From Trichoplax sp. H2 (Eukaryota): a stretch of DNA of 20,000 bases. The notes beneath the pieces were generated by a model. The model saw only the letters and a list, made by a program, of their open reading frames with translations. It was not told where the DNA came from and made no database searches. Where the stretch lies: contig NOWV01000210.1 of assembly GCA_003344405.1 (NCBI GenBank), forward strand, positions 107,252-127,251, in the 5' to 3' direction. The stretch's first letter is position 1. Each line of letters starts with the position of its first letter. A program made the translations under genes and the position numbers. Positions 1 through 13,303 of the stretch are shown piece by piece.

Positions 1-2718
1 ATATTTGAGGCTCTGAACGGTTAATCCATCTTCGATTACTAAAAGGCTGCCATATATTTATTCGGATAGTTGGATTTAAGCATTCTCTGAAGACCTGCGA
101 ATGATACCGTCTGATGATTTTAAACAGCTAATTCTATTGCACTCTATCTTGTAAGTTTTAAACTTTGTTATTATCGCTAAATTACTATCAATCATATTTA
201 TAAGGATTCTAATAAGTCACAATTCATTTCCTTTGTGCTGGGAGTGAAAATAACTTAGAAGATTATATCATATAAAAATCGTTTATAATACAAACTTATG
301 TCTACTGGTGTGGATAAACAGTTTTAAATTAAACGACTTGTGTGAAACTTATAAAGTGTACACAATAATAGAAGTTTATTAGATTGTACTTTTTGATAAG
401 TTGCAATAATTAATTAATTTAAGCCGAAAGTGTGAAGGCAAATCTAGTGCTACGAAATTCAAAAATTGATCAGAAAAGAGCAAAATAAAAGCTGGGTTCA
501 ACGGAATATTCGTATTTCTGATAGTTCATCAGAGATTTTGATGCTAGATTATTTATCAAATTTTTTACATATTGTATTGTTCCACGTAGATAATTAAGTT
601 AGATTGCTGTATTTTAACAACAGCTATAATGTAACAAAATTATACTTGTCACAATCAATGCAAACGATCGCATTATTTTATCAGCTTTCTTCTACTACGT
701 AAATTAATTAATATAATGCATGCTGCAGTGATTTGCGCATCCCATGTAGTATCTGGAAGATAGACGCTTCATAGTTATCAATAATATTTATGTGCAATCA
801 AATTGCATATCCTAGTAATTCTTGCCTCTGAATATATATCGGAAATCCAGGAGTCCAGTTACCGTTAAATTCCAAATAAATCCATATCATAGCTGTATCT
901 ATTAATGATAATTATTTCATTCACTTGCACACTGCAAAACAGCTCGCGCAGCAAAGTGCAATAGTCTTTTAAAGAGAAATTTCTTGACAGCAGCGTATTC
1001 ATGAGTTCGTACTATTACAGCATCAATGAAAGGCTTCTTACCTGTTAAAATCTGACATGTATGTCTAATACAATTCATTTTTGTAACAAGTGCACGACAT
1101 AAAAACCTTAAGTTTTTCAAAGAAAACTATTTGGTCTAATTTATTTTGATGTACTAACACGTATAAAGGGAAAGTTCATTTATTTAAAATTCGAAAAAAA
1201 AGTCTGAAAAATAGTTTGTCTGCAGCAGTAGCTCAATACTGTGTCTTCACTTATATGGTTTCTACTCAAATGAAAGTAATGGTTGGGTACTTGTTTTATG
1301 TAGTAGATTTGATCTTAAAGAGCATAAAGTCAAGAAAATTGAACAGATGAACTAGCATTTAATATCGATTTAATCGCAGTAGGATAATAAACAACTTTAA
1401 ATAATTATATCAACATTTAATCTCAATTTTGATAGATAGTTGTGTAGCTATTGCCAGTACTAAAGCTAAAATCTGCTAATTCATCAACCTTAGTCACATC
1501 GTTATTATAATCATTTTACATAAATTTTCGTGGCGATCATATTATTTATCGATATCTTCATTTTCTGAATTAGCTAACGTACTATTTGAATTTGCTACTG
1601 TCACAATTTCACTTCTGCGACAAGGTAACGTACAGTAAAAGTCTATAAGTAGCTACTGACTTAAACGCCCTTTTACTTAACGTTAAATACACACAGCAAA
1701 AGACTGTAAAGATGAAGCTTTTATTAGCAAAGATACGTCTACAACTTTTTACCACCCTCTCAACTTAAATGTTCCTGTTTATATAGGAACCGTCTAATTT
1801 GTAAACAACAACAGTATTATTATTGTACCTTACTAGGAGAATCATCTCGAACTAAGATGCTCCTTACGTAGCTTTTCTATCAGTAAATATTTTGAATCTC
1901 TTACTCATACTTAATCTTAATCTAAGCTCGTAGGTTGTCTAATTCAACTATCATCAACTAGAACTTGAATCATCCTACTGCTATCTATCACACAATAACA
2001 ATCAATATCAAATATGTAATGAACTATTACAAACAACATCCACGTTAAGGTATTACTTATCTTACCTAGCACTACAAATATGGATATTCTCCATACTAGT
2101 TACTTCTGTACTTATTAAACTATCCTAATGACAAGGCAACACCATAACAGCTACTCAGTATCTTGTCATCTACTGTATGATAGTTGCAAGTTGGCCCAAC
2201 CATTCGAAACTGATCATCGATGCATAAAAGACTGATGTCTATCTTCTATCGGAGCCCTTACTAAGGTATCTAGTGGATGCACTGTATCTATATATTGGTA
2301 CTGTGTCAGTAACTTCATTTAGTTTCCTTCGAAGTCTCCCGCTAAAGGAACGAATAAATTAATTTAGGTGAAACTTATTAGCTGTCTTTATTTTGAAAAA
2401 AAGTTAAAGTTGATTACACGGCACACATTATTCCGTTTACTACGTACTAGATTAGCTTACACTAAATATCACGGGAAATTGTATTTTGAACCTATTGACT
2501 GCTCTATTAAGATACACAGTAAAATTGGTTCATAAAATTTAATACAGATTAATGGAACTGCACTAAAAGATGCAGTATTTGTTCCAAATAGATTCATCAG
2601 CAGCATTGTTGATTTAATTTATAATATAATAATAAAGCAAACAGTTTAATAAAGTTGCGGTGAACAGAAGACCATTTCTCATGGAATAATTCGAAAATTG
2701 GATATAGAAGCTCAGCAA

Positions 2719-5263
2719 AATATGTAGATAACAACTAGTTGTGAACCAGGTAAGATGTAGTAGAACCAGAAATGTCATAGATAGTAATTGTAATCAGAGC
2801 TCAGTTATTATGAATACATTTAGTCGGATATAGGATTGAGAACATAATGGTAATTTAATAGTTAACAACTAAAGCCACATAACAAATTTGTACGAGCCTT
2901 AGTCAAAGCCATCCTGATTCTTAAAATGTGAAACACTTTTCAAAATGTAGCGACATCAACTATTGTTTGTACTACGCTTCATCAATGTCTTAAATTATTA
3001 CTAACTTCCTCCGAAAAATATACTTTGATTGGTAAGAAGGATAGTTACTACAGTACAGTAGTACTCGCATTTATCATATTTTGTTATCCTGATATCAAAG
3101 ATATTATATTATCTACTTATTTTGAAATATTTTTGATAGATAAAAAGTATATATATCAGGTTTTCACTCTTTGAAGATATGCAGATACTAAAAATTAATT
3201 TATTGTTTATTTGTGTTGCACTGATATCTAAAACTATTATGCAATTGCTTTAACATCAGAGTAATTGATAATAAGGATAGTCGATATGTTATATTAATAG
3301 CTAAAAATTTTAATTGCTTACTCTAACAATGCAGTTTTATTGACAGCAAGCGCATCCAAGTATTCTCTATTAGTGATATTAATGATACTCATTACAAATA
3401 TTTAATTTTTTCAAGTTATAGAGCAGTCTAAAACTATTATCTATATGCTCCGAAATACAGTTTATTTGATAATGAAAACTCTTGTATACAAGTATTCTAC
3501 TGCATTGACCTATATTGTCTCCTAAACTATTATCTGTTTGTTTCTGAAATACAATTTAAGAGATAATAAACGTTTGTAAGTATTTTACCCTATGATGCTC
3601 TATCGATATCGAAAATTTTTATCTACTTCTCTTCAAATATGGCTTAAGTGATAGTTAAGACGCTCGGACACAAGTACTCTACCGTATTACGATAAGCTGA
3701 TATCTAAACCATTATTTATTTGTTCTGAAAATATAGCTTAATTTCTAATATGAACGTACAAGAATTCTGCTGTATTATCATAAGCTAATNNNNNNNNNNN
3801 NNNNNNNNNAATATGTAGATAACAACTAGTTGTGAACCAGGTAAGATGTAGTAGAACCAGAAATGTCATAGATAGTAATTGTAATCAGAGCTCAGTTATT
3901 ATGAATACATTTAGTCGGATATAGGATTGAGAACATAATGGTAATTTAATAGTTAACAACTAAAGCCACATAACAATTTTGTACGAGCCTTAGTCAAAGC
4001 CATCCTGATTCTTAAAATGTGAAACACTTTTCAAAATGTAGCGACATCAACTATTGTTTGTACTACGCTTCATCAATGTCTTAAATTATTACTAACTTCC
4101 TCCGAAAAATATACTTTGATTGGTAAGAAGGATAGTTACTACAGTACAGTAGTACTCGCATTTATCATATTTTGTTATCCTGATATCAAAGATATTATAT
4201 TATCTACTTATTTTGAAATATTTTTGATAGATATGTTATATTAATAGCTAAAAATTTTAATTGCTTACTCTAACAATGCAGTTTTATTGACAGCAAGCGC
4301 ATCCAAGTATTCTCTATTAGTGATATTAATGATACTCATTACAAATATTTAATTTTTTCAAGTTATAGAGCAGTCTAAAACTATTATCTATATGCTCCGA
4401 AATACAGTTTATTTGATAATGAAAACTCTTGTATACAAGTATTCTACTGCATTGACCTATATTGTCTCCTAAACTATTATCTGTTTGTTTCTGAAATACA
4501 ATTTAAGAGATAATAAACGTTTGTAAGTATTTTACCCTATGATGCTCTATCGATATCGAAAATTTTTATCTACTTCTCTTCAAATATGGCTTAAGTGATA
4601 GTTAAGACGCTCGGACACAAGTACTCTACCGTATTACGATAAGCTGATATCTAAACCATTATTTATTTGTTCTGAAAATATTGCTTAATTTCTAATATGA
4701 ATGTACAAGAATTCTGCTGTATTATCATAAGCTAATNNNNNNNNNNNNNNNNNNNNGATATGTTATATTAATAGCTAAAAATTTTAATTGCTTACTCTAA
4801 CAATGCAGTTTTATTGACAGCAAGCGCATCCAAGTATTCTCTATTAGTGATATTAATGATACTCATTACAAATATTTAATTTTTTCAAGTTATAGAGCAG
4901 TCTAAAACTATTATCTATATGCTCCGAAATACAGTTTATTTGATAATGAAAACTCTTGTATACAAGTATTCTACTGCATTGACCTATATTGTCTCCTAAA
5001 CTATTATCTGTTTGTTTCTGAAATACAATTTAAGAGATAATAAACGTTTGTAAGTATTTTACCCTATGATGCTCTATCGATATCGAAAATTTTTATCTAC
5101 TTCTCTTCAAATATGGCTTAAGTGATAGTTAAGACGCTCGGACACAAGTACTCTACCGTATTACGATAAGCTGATATCTAAACCATTATTTATTTGTTCT
5201 GAAAATATAGCTTAATTTCTAATATGAACGTACAAGAATTCTGCTGTATTATCATAAGCTAAT
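2719..5263. repeat. Near-identical tandem copies separated by 20-N gaps: 2719-3789 / 3810-4736, and 3283-3789 / 4757-5263; probable assembly artefact
   Basis: Direct comparison; copy boundaries coincide with the N runs at 3790-3809 and 4737-4756. Confidence 0.9.
3431..3789. repeat. Degenerate tandem repeat with 89-93 bp units (also present in the duplicated copies and continuing to about 5330)
   Basis: An anchor resembling AAACTATTATCT recurs at 3431, 3524, 3613, 3706 and 5269, mostly followed by GAAATA-, GATAAT- and CAAGTATTCT-like blocks. Weaker copies occur from about 3090. Confidence 0.65.
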
Positions 5264-6810
5264 ATCAAAAACTATTATCTACCTATTCTAAAAATAAAGT
5301 TTGATTGATTTTGGGATAGAAAAAAACGTAGATAAGCTTACTTTAATTTATACATATAAATGCTGCGTGTCTATGTTTGGTGCATTCATCTCTATCAAAG
5401 TGGGGCTAGTTTTTATCGTTGTAATAAATTTATTCAATGTAACTTTTCAGCAAAAAAATAATTTATACATTCAGTCAATGATTAAGGAAATCGACTAATA
5501 GCAGATATCATGTAACCACAATAGAACCTTTTATCCAGAGATAGGCAAAGAATCAAATTGCGTACAATTTTTATTATAGAAACAATAGCATTTTTTTTAA
5601 TACTATTTAGGAGTAATGAAGAAATACTAGATTTATGGGCGGCAAGTATTAAGTGAAGAGACTAAAATTATTGAATACTGGCACGAATTCTCTGTGATAA
5701 GAGCTATAAGAATAGTAATATAATTGATTTTAGAGAATTGCTTAAGAAATGCATAATGGAACATTTCAAATTTTATTTTCTAGGTACGATATAATTTATT
5801 CTGTGTGTGATATATCCTACTTTGGAAAAAGAAATTTGAAACACGAATAGATGAGTATATAAACTTTTAAGATACTAGTACGAATATTTCAATCCAAGAT
5901 GAATTCTAAGACAGCCAAATGAAATACGAATAAACCATTTATTGAACATATCTGGAGTTTGGCGGTCTCGAATAAAAAATTTGATAACTATTGTAATTTT
6001 AACTGTATTTTAAGATAAAATTAAATCTTCATTTAGGATTAACAAAATTTTATCATTAACTTTTATTGAATACGATTGAATTAAATTAAATCTCATTAAT
6101 TAATAGATAGACTTCCTTCGATCTAAATTACGATTAAAGCCTAGGAGGTAAATTGAGAATGACGATATTGATTGATTAGGATTGGTTACTTTCAAAATAT
6201 AATAAGACGATTAATCTTAATGGAATTGATATTTTATCACTGAAGATTACGTTAAACGATTTATATTGTAGTTTAGAAGTGAAAGCAAAAAGCACTATTT
6301 ACTTGTTCATGCAAGGTTAGCTTGATACCTATTGTTTGTGTTTTAGCCAGCAAACACATATAATGTCCAAAAAGTTCTACGTTAGAGCTTTAAATGATAT
6401 GGGTGAATGTAGACGCAAAACACAATGGAAAATTTTATTTTAAAGGAATAACTATAATTAAAGAAGCTCTTCTAATTGCATTTTACATTTAATAGAGCGT
6501 TCAAAAATCAAGAGAAGCATCCAATTAAGTATCTCATAAATCGATCAATACGATACTAATGATTTGATGAGAAGTAGCATGATTATTACAAATTGGCCTT
6601 ATATGGCACTCTTATATAAAATCCATGCATTAGAATTCGTTATTTACGCATGAAAAGTATCATATGTTTCGATTAGGTAGGTATCCCAATTATACCCAGG
6701 AGGTTATAGCCGCGAAATTCTTTCATGTATGAAAAACAAAAGTTAACCTTTGCTGTCATTTTCTAGATTATATGGATTGAAAATAAAGGAATGGAATCGA
6801 GATGATATCT

Positions 6811-7827
6811 TTAGGAATATTCTGGGTAGATAGATCGAGAGCTCTTGTATGAATTTTGGCAAATTCTACTAGTTAATTTTTTATAGATCTCTGACCGTAA
6901 AGTTGGGGTAAAATAAGCGTATAGTAGTGGACTGATTGCAGGATAAGCTAAACTCAAATAACGAAAAATCTCCCCTAACTGGATATTTAATTTATCTAAA
7001 CCTAAATGGACTGTAGGAAAGAGGATAGCATATTGAATTAAAGCGGGCAACCAAAATGCCATAAAAAATCCAATTAAAATAGCTGTATAAGTAATAGCAC
7101 GCAAATTACGTCTTATCACAGACGCGGGCATAAAATTAGACTGTGCTAAAATTTCATTACGACGTTGAGTATGGATATTAACAATCCATAATATCCTTGA
7201 ATAAACGACGCATAACATAAATAATGGTAGGTAGAAGAGCATGATAAAAGCAACAAGAGTATAAATATGAAAAGAACGGGTATTAAGCTGATCGCTGCAT
7301 TTGCCGATAACGGGAACCAAAAAGGTACAAAGTGGTATGAAAGCGATAATAAAGCTAATAACCCATGCAGCAAGTATTGAGGTTCGAACTATGATTGGCG
7401 CTTGAGGCATATTATAATGAAATGGGAAGATGACGCAGCAGTATCGATCTAAACTAACTAATACTAAATGTAAGTTGAAATTAATAATTAAAGCAGAACC
7501 AACTAGGGGCAGAATTTGGCAAGCATAGCTATTAAATAACCGCCAAGGTACAAACATAACCCAACGCGGAAATAAATACACTAAAGCATAAACGATTCCA
7601 ACGCAGAACATGCTAGCCAAGATCCAATTTGACATAGTATGCAATTTACGTTCAAAAATTATGAAGCATAGCATGACAGTGTTAGTAAGAGTAGTTGTAG
7701 CAGTAATAGCACCGTAAACATAAATTGTACCGAAGTAAGCCTGTCGTATGGTACCATTTCCAGTTTGGTTTCCATCACTAGGTGGCAATGTTGTCACATT
7801 AATTGCAGTTGTTGTTAAAGCATCCAT
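6811..7827 (-). CDS. Intronless rhodopsin-like (class A) GPCR, 338 aa, orphan
   Basis: Single ORF with seven hydrophobic segments. Class A landmarks: N49 (TM1), C103 and C177 (TM3-ECL2 disulfide), DRY at 127-129 (SLDRYCCVIFP), W155 (TM4), P201/Y209 (TM5), FWLP (TM6), SPLLY (NPxxY variant, TM7). N-terminal sequons NVT, NQT, NGT. Confidence 0.95.
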   Translation of the reverse strand: MDALTTTAINVTTLPPSDGNQTGNGTIRQAYFGTIYVYGAITATTTLTNTVMLCFIIFERKLHTMSNWILASMFCVGIVYALVYLFPRWVMFVPWRLFNSYACQILPLVGSALIINFNLHLVLVSLDRYCCVIFPFHYNMPQAPIIVRTSILAAWVISFIIAFIPLCTFLVPVIGKCSDQLNTRSFHIYTLVAFIMLFYLPLFMLCVVYSRILWIVNIHTQRRNEILAQSNFMPASVIRRNLRAITYTAILIGFFMAFWLPALIQYAILFPTVHLGLDKLNIQLGEIFRYLSLAYPAISPLLYAYFTPTLRSEIYKKLTSRICQNSYKSSRSIYPEYS

Positions 7828-10800
7828 TTTAAGGTTTGCAATTAGACTAAAACTTTCTCGAAAATATTTCTTTTTTCCTTATTTCTTACGTTTATGGTGA
7901 CCGTTTGATTACGAAATCTCTTTGGGTAATCAGATCGCGGGAGTTCGGGAACTGAAACCAAATATCTGTATGGGTAATTATAATATTGCTTCTTTTAGAG
8001 TATTGACGTATATGAAATAATTTTATTGGCTAATGTTAAGTAATTATTTATAACCAAATGTTGATAGTTAATTAGCAATAGTGTCAATACATCCTGAGAT
8101 AGTTCATGATCATTAATATCATGAATTTTTAATTATAGTGAATACAAATTTGACCCAGCAAATCTAGTTTAATGATAAATAGGAAATTACTCTCTGTATT
8201 TTTTGGCTAAGATAGCGATTACGAATTGTAGGATAACTCATAGAAATAGCCTATTTACAAATATTCGCTTGTAAGTAATTCATAGATTCATGCTAACCAC
8301 TAATATATTTGTAGGGGGAGTAAATAGATTCTACTGAAGTAAGTAAAAACGAACATTCTGACATTTTGCAGTATTAATATTTATCATAATGAGTAAAGAT
8401 TCAATTTCATCAATAACAGAGAAAGCCGGTATCTAACATGTGTTCATTTAACCGATTTTCGGTAAGATCAAGGCTATCAGTTAGCGCAATATATTCTTTA
8501 AAGCATTGAATTGAATGAAAAAGGAATTTTAATTATTTACGTAATTCATTACAATAATTCAAATTGCTATGCTATCAATGTAGTTGCTGTGGATTCCAAT
8601 CATTCATATCCAAATTTCCACGTAACTGAGCGCAGAATATCATCATTGTACAAGTTTCCTACGCATCGGTGCATTCATTGTGAATTACTTAAAGATTAAT
8701 AGTACTATAAATCGTTTGAATGGCCGTATTTGTGATGAGACCTGAAGTAAAGCTAAAAGCTGTAATGTACAGGATGCACAGCTGTCTAGAATAAACTTAA
8801 AACACTAAATGTTATTAAAGTAGACGAAACAGTAAATATACATTTACTAGGTCATTTTTCATCTTACTTAGCCACGAATCAGGATAAAATGCTATAAGAA
8901 ACGCTAATAGGCTTCTGATAATGGATTATAAATTGAATCTAGCCGATCGATATAATGACATTTACTATAATAAACTACAGTATGTAAATTTGCATGAATC
9001 GCACTAGAAGTTGAAGAAATATTAAAAAGGCTGATCACGTAGACTATACGTATAAATGGAATGGCCGACGTGATTAGGTTATGATTAATTATTGATTAAA
9101 TCTATGAATTAGACATAGAACAATGCTAGCAGAAAAATGAGTAAATCGCTTACGACATGGCGAAAACTTCAGCTTACGTTCAAAAGTGAATACTACACTT
9201 TTATCCGGTATGATAGTCAACGACCCTTGGCTCAGTTTGATAATAATTAATTATTTTACGCGGTAAGAATTTATAACATATGCCTTATAAACACGATCAT
9301 TTTGTCAATATTTTTGCCTGATAGAAACAGGTAATTAGGATTTATTGAAATTGTTATCTAGAGTTGGGTTGAAAGAAAATTTTGTACCTAGAGCATTTTC
9401 GCGACATTATATTAAAGGAAATCTTAATCTAAAATTGAAATCTATATACATTGATTAAACTAGTTTAAAATGAAATGTTCAATGTATATATCCATTTTAA
9501 AAATAATCCGTTTCTGAACATCACAACAGGTCAGAAAGGACATGCAACCAGCTAAAAAGCAGGAATATACGGTAATTACAATGAGCATAAATTATAGATA
9601 GTGGTATGATTTATAATTGATATGAACCCTATTATTTTGTTTCTTCGGTCGTAATACCTATTAAAGCATTATTAGGGAAGATTTCGGTTTACGCATTAAC
9701 AGCAATAAATTTTTTATCATCATTTAATAATGGAACAAAATAGAGTAGTATCTTATTGTATACTACGGGTAATAGCTTTAAAAATTTTCTCATCATCAAT
9801 TAATGATCTAATAGCATAAAATGTGAGATTGTAAATTAATCGGCAAATACAATATGTTAAAAGAAAATAGGAGGGAAATGATTTTAACCGTATTTATGAA
9901 ATAAGTATAATCGTATTTAAAATTGATTAAGTGGCTATAGATATGACGTAAATATATAATTATCATGAAATGGCAATTATCTAGTTGAGGAAATGATTTT
10001 GTGACGATATCAATTAATAGAATTAACCATCAAATCGCTATAATATTGAATATTTACTAATATCGTTAATCGTATTAATGAATGTCCACCTAGTGTAGCA
10101 TTTTAAAGTCTAACCTACCAATTGTATTATTTGCCGTTAACGTTACGACCGTTATGAAACCATTTGAACAGTATGATGCCACGAACTAAGTTAGACACCC
10201 TTCTAAACACCCAAAGCAATCTTATTTATCCAAATCTAGATATTACTTTTAAAAATCTAACCAATTCCTTACGTAAAATTGTTATAATTATTACATCCAG
10301 ATGATCGTATTAAAGTAAAAGCGCTTTTCTAAATTACTCTCATGAAAATAAGATATATAAATTTATCTCTTACAGTTTCAAGTAATTGGACAATAAATTT
10401 ACACAGTGCAAACAGTCTTTCAAATAGACATTACTAATGGCTTTACAGTTAAAAATAAAATGTTCAACCAGATTGAGGCATAGTCAATATCTAAGCAGTA
10501 ATGCGATGAAGCATTATGGGATCTTTTGCATCTAGCATTTTAGTTCATGAAATCGTCTGTTATTAACAAGATTCGTCATCATTTTATATTATAAAATTGT
10601 AGATCCGTATACATATATATTGGTATGAAGTAGGAATAACATGCAAGCCATAACTTGAGGTAGTAGAACATTTTGCTCAAAACTTTCTTTTGATCATTTC
10701 ATTTGTTTACAAGATTTATTCATACATGCTAACATTAACACCAGCTGTAGCGATTTGTATTTTTTTCCTTTCTCAAGAATCATATCTTAAATCAAATACC

Positions 10801-12994
10801 AATAGTAGGAGAACTATACGGATACAATATAAAAGTCTTCTGCTCTGATTGAATTCAACAATATTGAGTATTAACTTACAGTTTTATTTCTTCCATAAAC
10901 TATATTAAGATAATTATAATAATAAATGATCATAAATGCAATTGCTGACGCTTTTTCTTATTGTGATGATTACAGTAAGACCAATTAATAAATCCATCAA
11001 ACGGTTACAGTATGTTTATATAGTTCGTTATCTCGATTAAGTGTAAATTAAAAAGAAATGCGATTATGAGTATCGTAATGGAATAACTATATATTCGTGT
11101 CAACCCTGATTGCGGAGATTGGGCTTCGCTAACAGTTTCATCATAGTATGACTTCCAATTTAGTCTTATTTATTAACTTATTATATTGGCTGCCATTTAA
11201 CTTTGTCGTATCTTCTTCCGTGTTATTAAAGATAGTAAAGAATAGCAATACAGTTGTTGTAAGATTAATAGTATGGTATGCAGACACTAACACAGCATGG
11301 TTCAACATTTGACCTTGTTGTTAAGGCGATTTAGATGCATCAAAATTTATCAGCTAAATTAAAATACTTTTGTATTTTTTCTCAATGCTTATGTCACACA
11401 TTATGGCCGATACATTGCCCATTTTGCAAAGCATCAATTCTATTCCTGCAGTAATATTATGACATGATAATTCTAAAATCGCTTTCCGTTATTGATATCT
11501 TTTACGTCTTGTCTTCTTTGTCAGGTTATCTACCAGTACATATAGAAATACTCGCCTACGTATGTATTCTTGCACTGGTTGGTGCACACTAATTATTGCA
11601 GATTTTCGCATTGAATATGAGCAATATTTTATTCATTAGCATTTGTAGCTGTTCATCCTAAACATAAAGTGTTGTGCAAACAAAGCATGAAGAACAAGTA
11701 TAAATACTGCTACCCCTTAGCACAACTTCAAAAAGTAATTGAACATAAATAAAATCAATACAGCTGTCAGATTTAATTTAGGAGCAAATGATAAGACAAA
11801 TTCCAACAACGTTGACCGTCAGTTCCGAGAAATAGGAATTATAAGCTCACTATCACTATTACGAAGGAGATCTACTATACAATCTTTATTCTACTACACA
11901 AGTAGATGAAGTATAGATTAATAATTGCTCGTTCAGCCCTCCCTTCGAGATATGCATTACAGCAGTTTAGAATCAATATTTCCCTTAGAAATTTCATCTA
12001 TAACATTTTTTCTAGTGTTTTTAACGATTATTCTATAAATAGATACCCCCGCAAAAAAAGGTTAAAGGAAAATGGTATCTGCGTACAATAAGATATCGCC
12101 CATGTTGACTGACAGATATTGTTCGTTACAGCGAGTGCGGATATATGGCAAAGTGGATAAAAGTAGGATATAGGGTGCTTGAAATAAAAGTAATGTGGTG
12201 ATTGTAAAAATCTTCTCGTAGATAAAAGATAAATTCAATCTTCCTGAAGAATTGGACTAAATTATTGCATATGGAAGGTCAGTTATAGTACTCTCCTACA
12301 TTCTTTCACATTGTAAAGTAAGTTACAATTTCAAAAGTTTCATCCATTAATTGTGTCCCCATATTGTTGGGCTTGCGTTCAATCAGCCATATATTAAAGG
12401 AGAAACGTCTACAACCTTTCTTGATATTATAGATATACGGGCAATATGGGATACAATACAGTACAAGATATGAATGAAACCATGATGGACTGGGAATGAC
12501 ACGTGCACTATTCGAATATACGAGAATAATGTCCAAAAGAATAGCTATCCAATCGCTGAAGTATCGTATTGCAGGTTATTCTTAGATAGGATTATCATCA
12601 CCTAATATATACTAGATTCCTATCTACTGCAATATTGAACTAATTGTAATAGAGGGCGAATATAGTCTTTCTAAAAGTCAGATTGCGTAAAATTGTACGG
12701 ATATCGATGAATTCCGCGTGAGACTGTATAACGGGAAATATGACCCAGCTCACTGCGGTCATTGTACAGTACTAGTCTAGAAATAGTCGTTGATAGTGTT
12801 GAAACGAACCTTACTTAGATAACAAAGTGAAGATGACAAGAAACTGTAGCTGTTGTTTTATTTTTGACAGCTACTTATCGCACCAAGTCAATAGGAAGTG
12901 CGATAATTTGAATGTCTTGGAACAGAAAGCAAAATGAATCCATAATTTGTTCCTTGCTCATCCTATTTTGCTGTTGCTGTCTATCAGATGGTCA

Positions 12995-13210
12995 ACTACT
13001 GTACCTAGTGTACTGTACAGTACTACAGTATAGCCATGTACGTACGGACAGCCTGACGCACAGTACTGTACTGTACTGTACAGTGTACAGTATGGCTGCA
13101 AATCCTTCACGTGAATCCTTTTACACTACACTACTGTACTGTACACTGTACAGTATGGTACGGTACAGTGTACAGTATATTAACTGTGTGTACTGTACAC
13201 TGTACAGTAG
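12995..13210. repeat. Low-complexity cluster of ACTGT/ACAGT/GTAC palindromic units, including a 15-bp inverted repeat (13137-13151 / 13163-13177)
   Basis: Repeated tactgtacag, cagtactgtactgtactgtacagtgtacag and tactgtacactgtacagta; tactgtacactgtac is the exact reverse complement of gtacagtgtacagta. Confidence 0.85.
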
Positions 13211-13303
13211 CGACGATATTGATGAATATCAGCAAAGCAAATGAGAGCACAAGAGCTGCTCGTTTGCAAACCTTTGCAAATTGGTTAGGGCTAGACTACC
13301 AAG

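Noticed and set aside
1..1120. Possible minus-strand exons (67-aa ORF 917-1120, CAG|GTAAG near 1042, short open frame at 1-40)
   Set aside because: There is no recognisable protein similarity and no consistent exon chain; they could belong to a gene outside the window but cannot be supported here.
3431..3789. CRISPR-like or coding (LRR/ankyrin-type) reading of the ~90-bp periodicity
   Set aside because: The context is eukaryotic, there are no identical repeats with unique spacers and no cas genes, unit lengths are not consistently multiples of three, and there is no ORF.
7146..7373. 75-aa hydrophobic ORF
   Set aside because: It is an alternative frame inside the GPCR CDS.
5301..12536. Short ORFs 5301-5498, 8511-8699, 11906-12091 and 12306-12536
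   Set aside because: They are short, mostly lack an ATG start, have AT-driven composition and show no motifs, consistent with chance.
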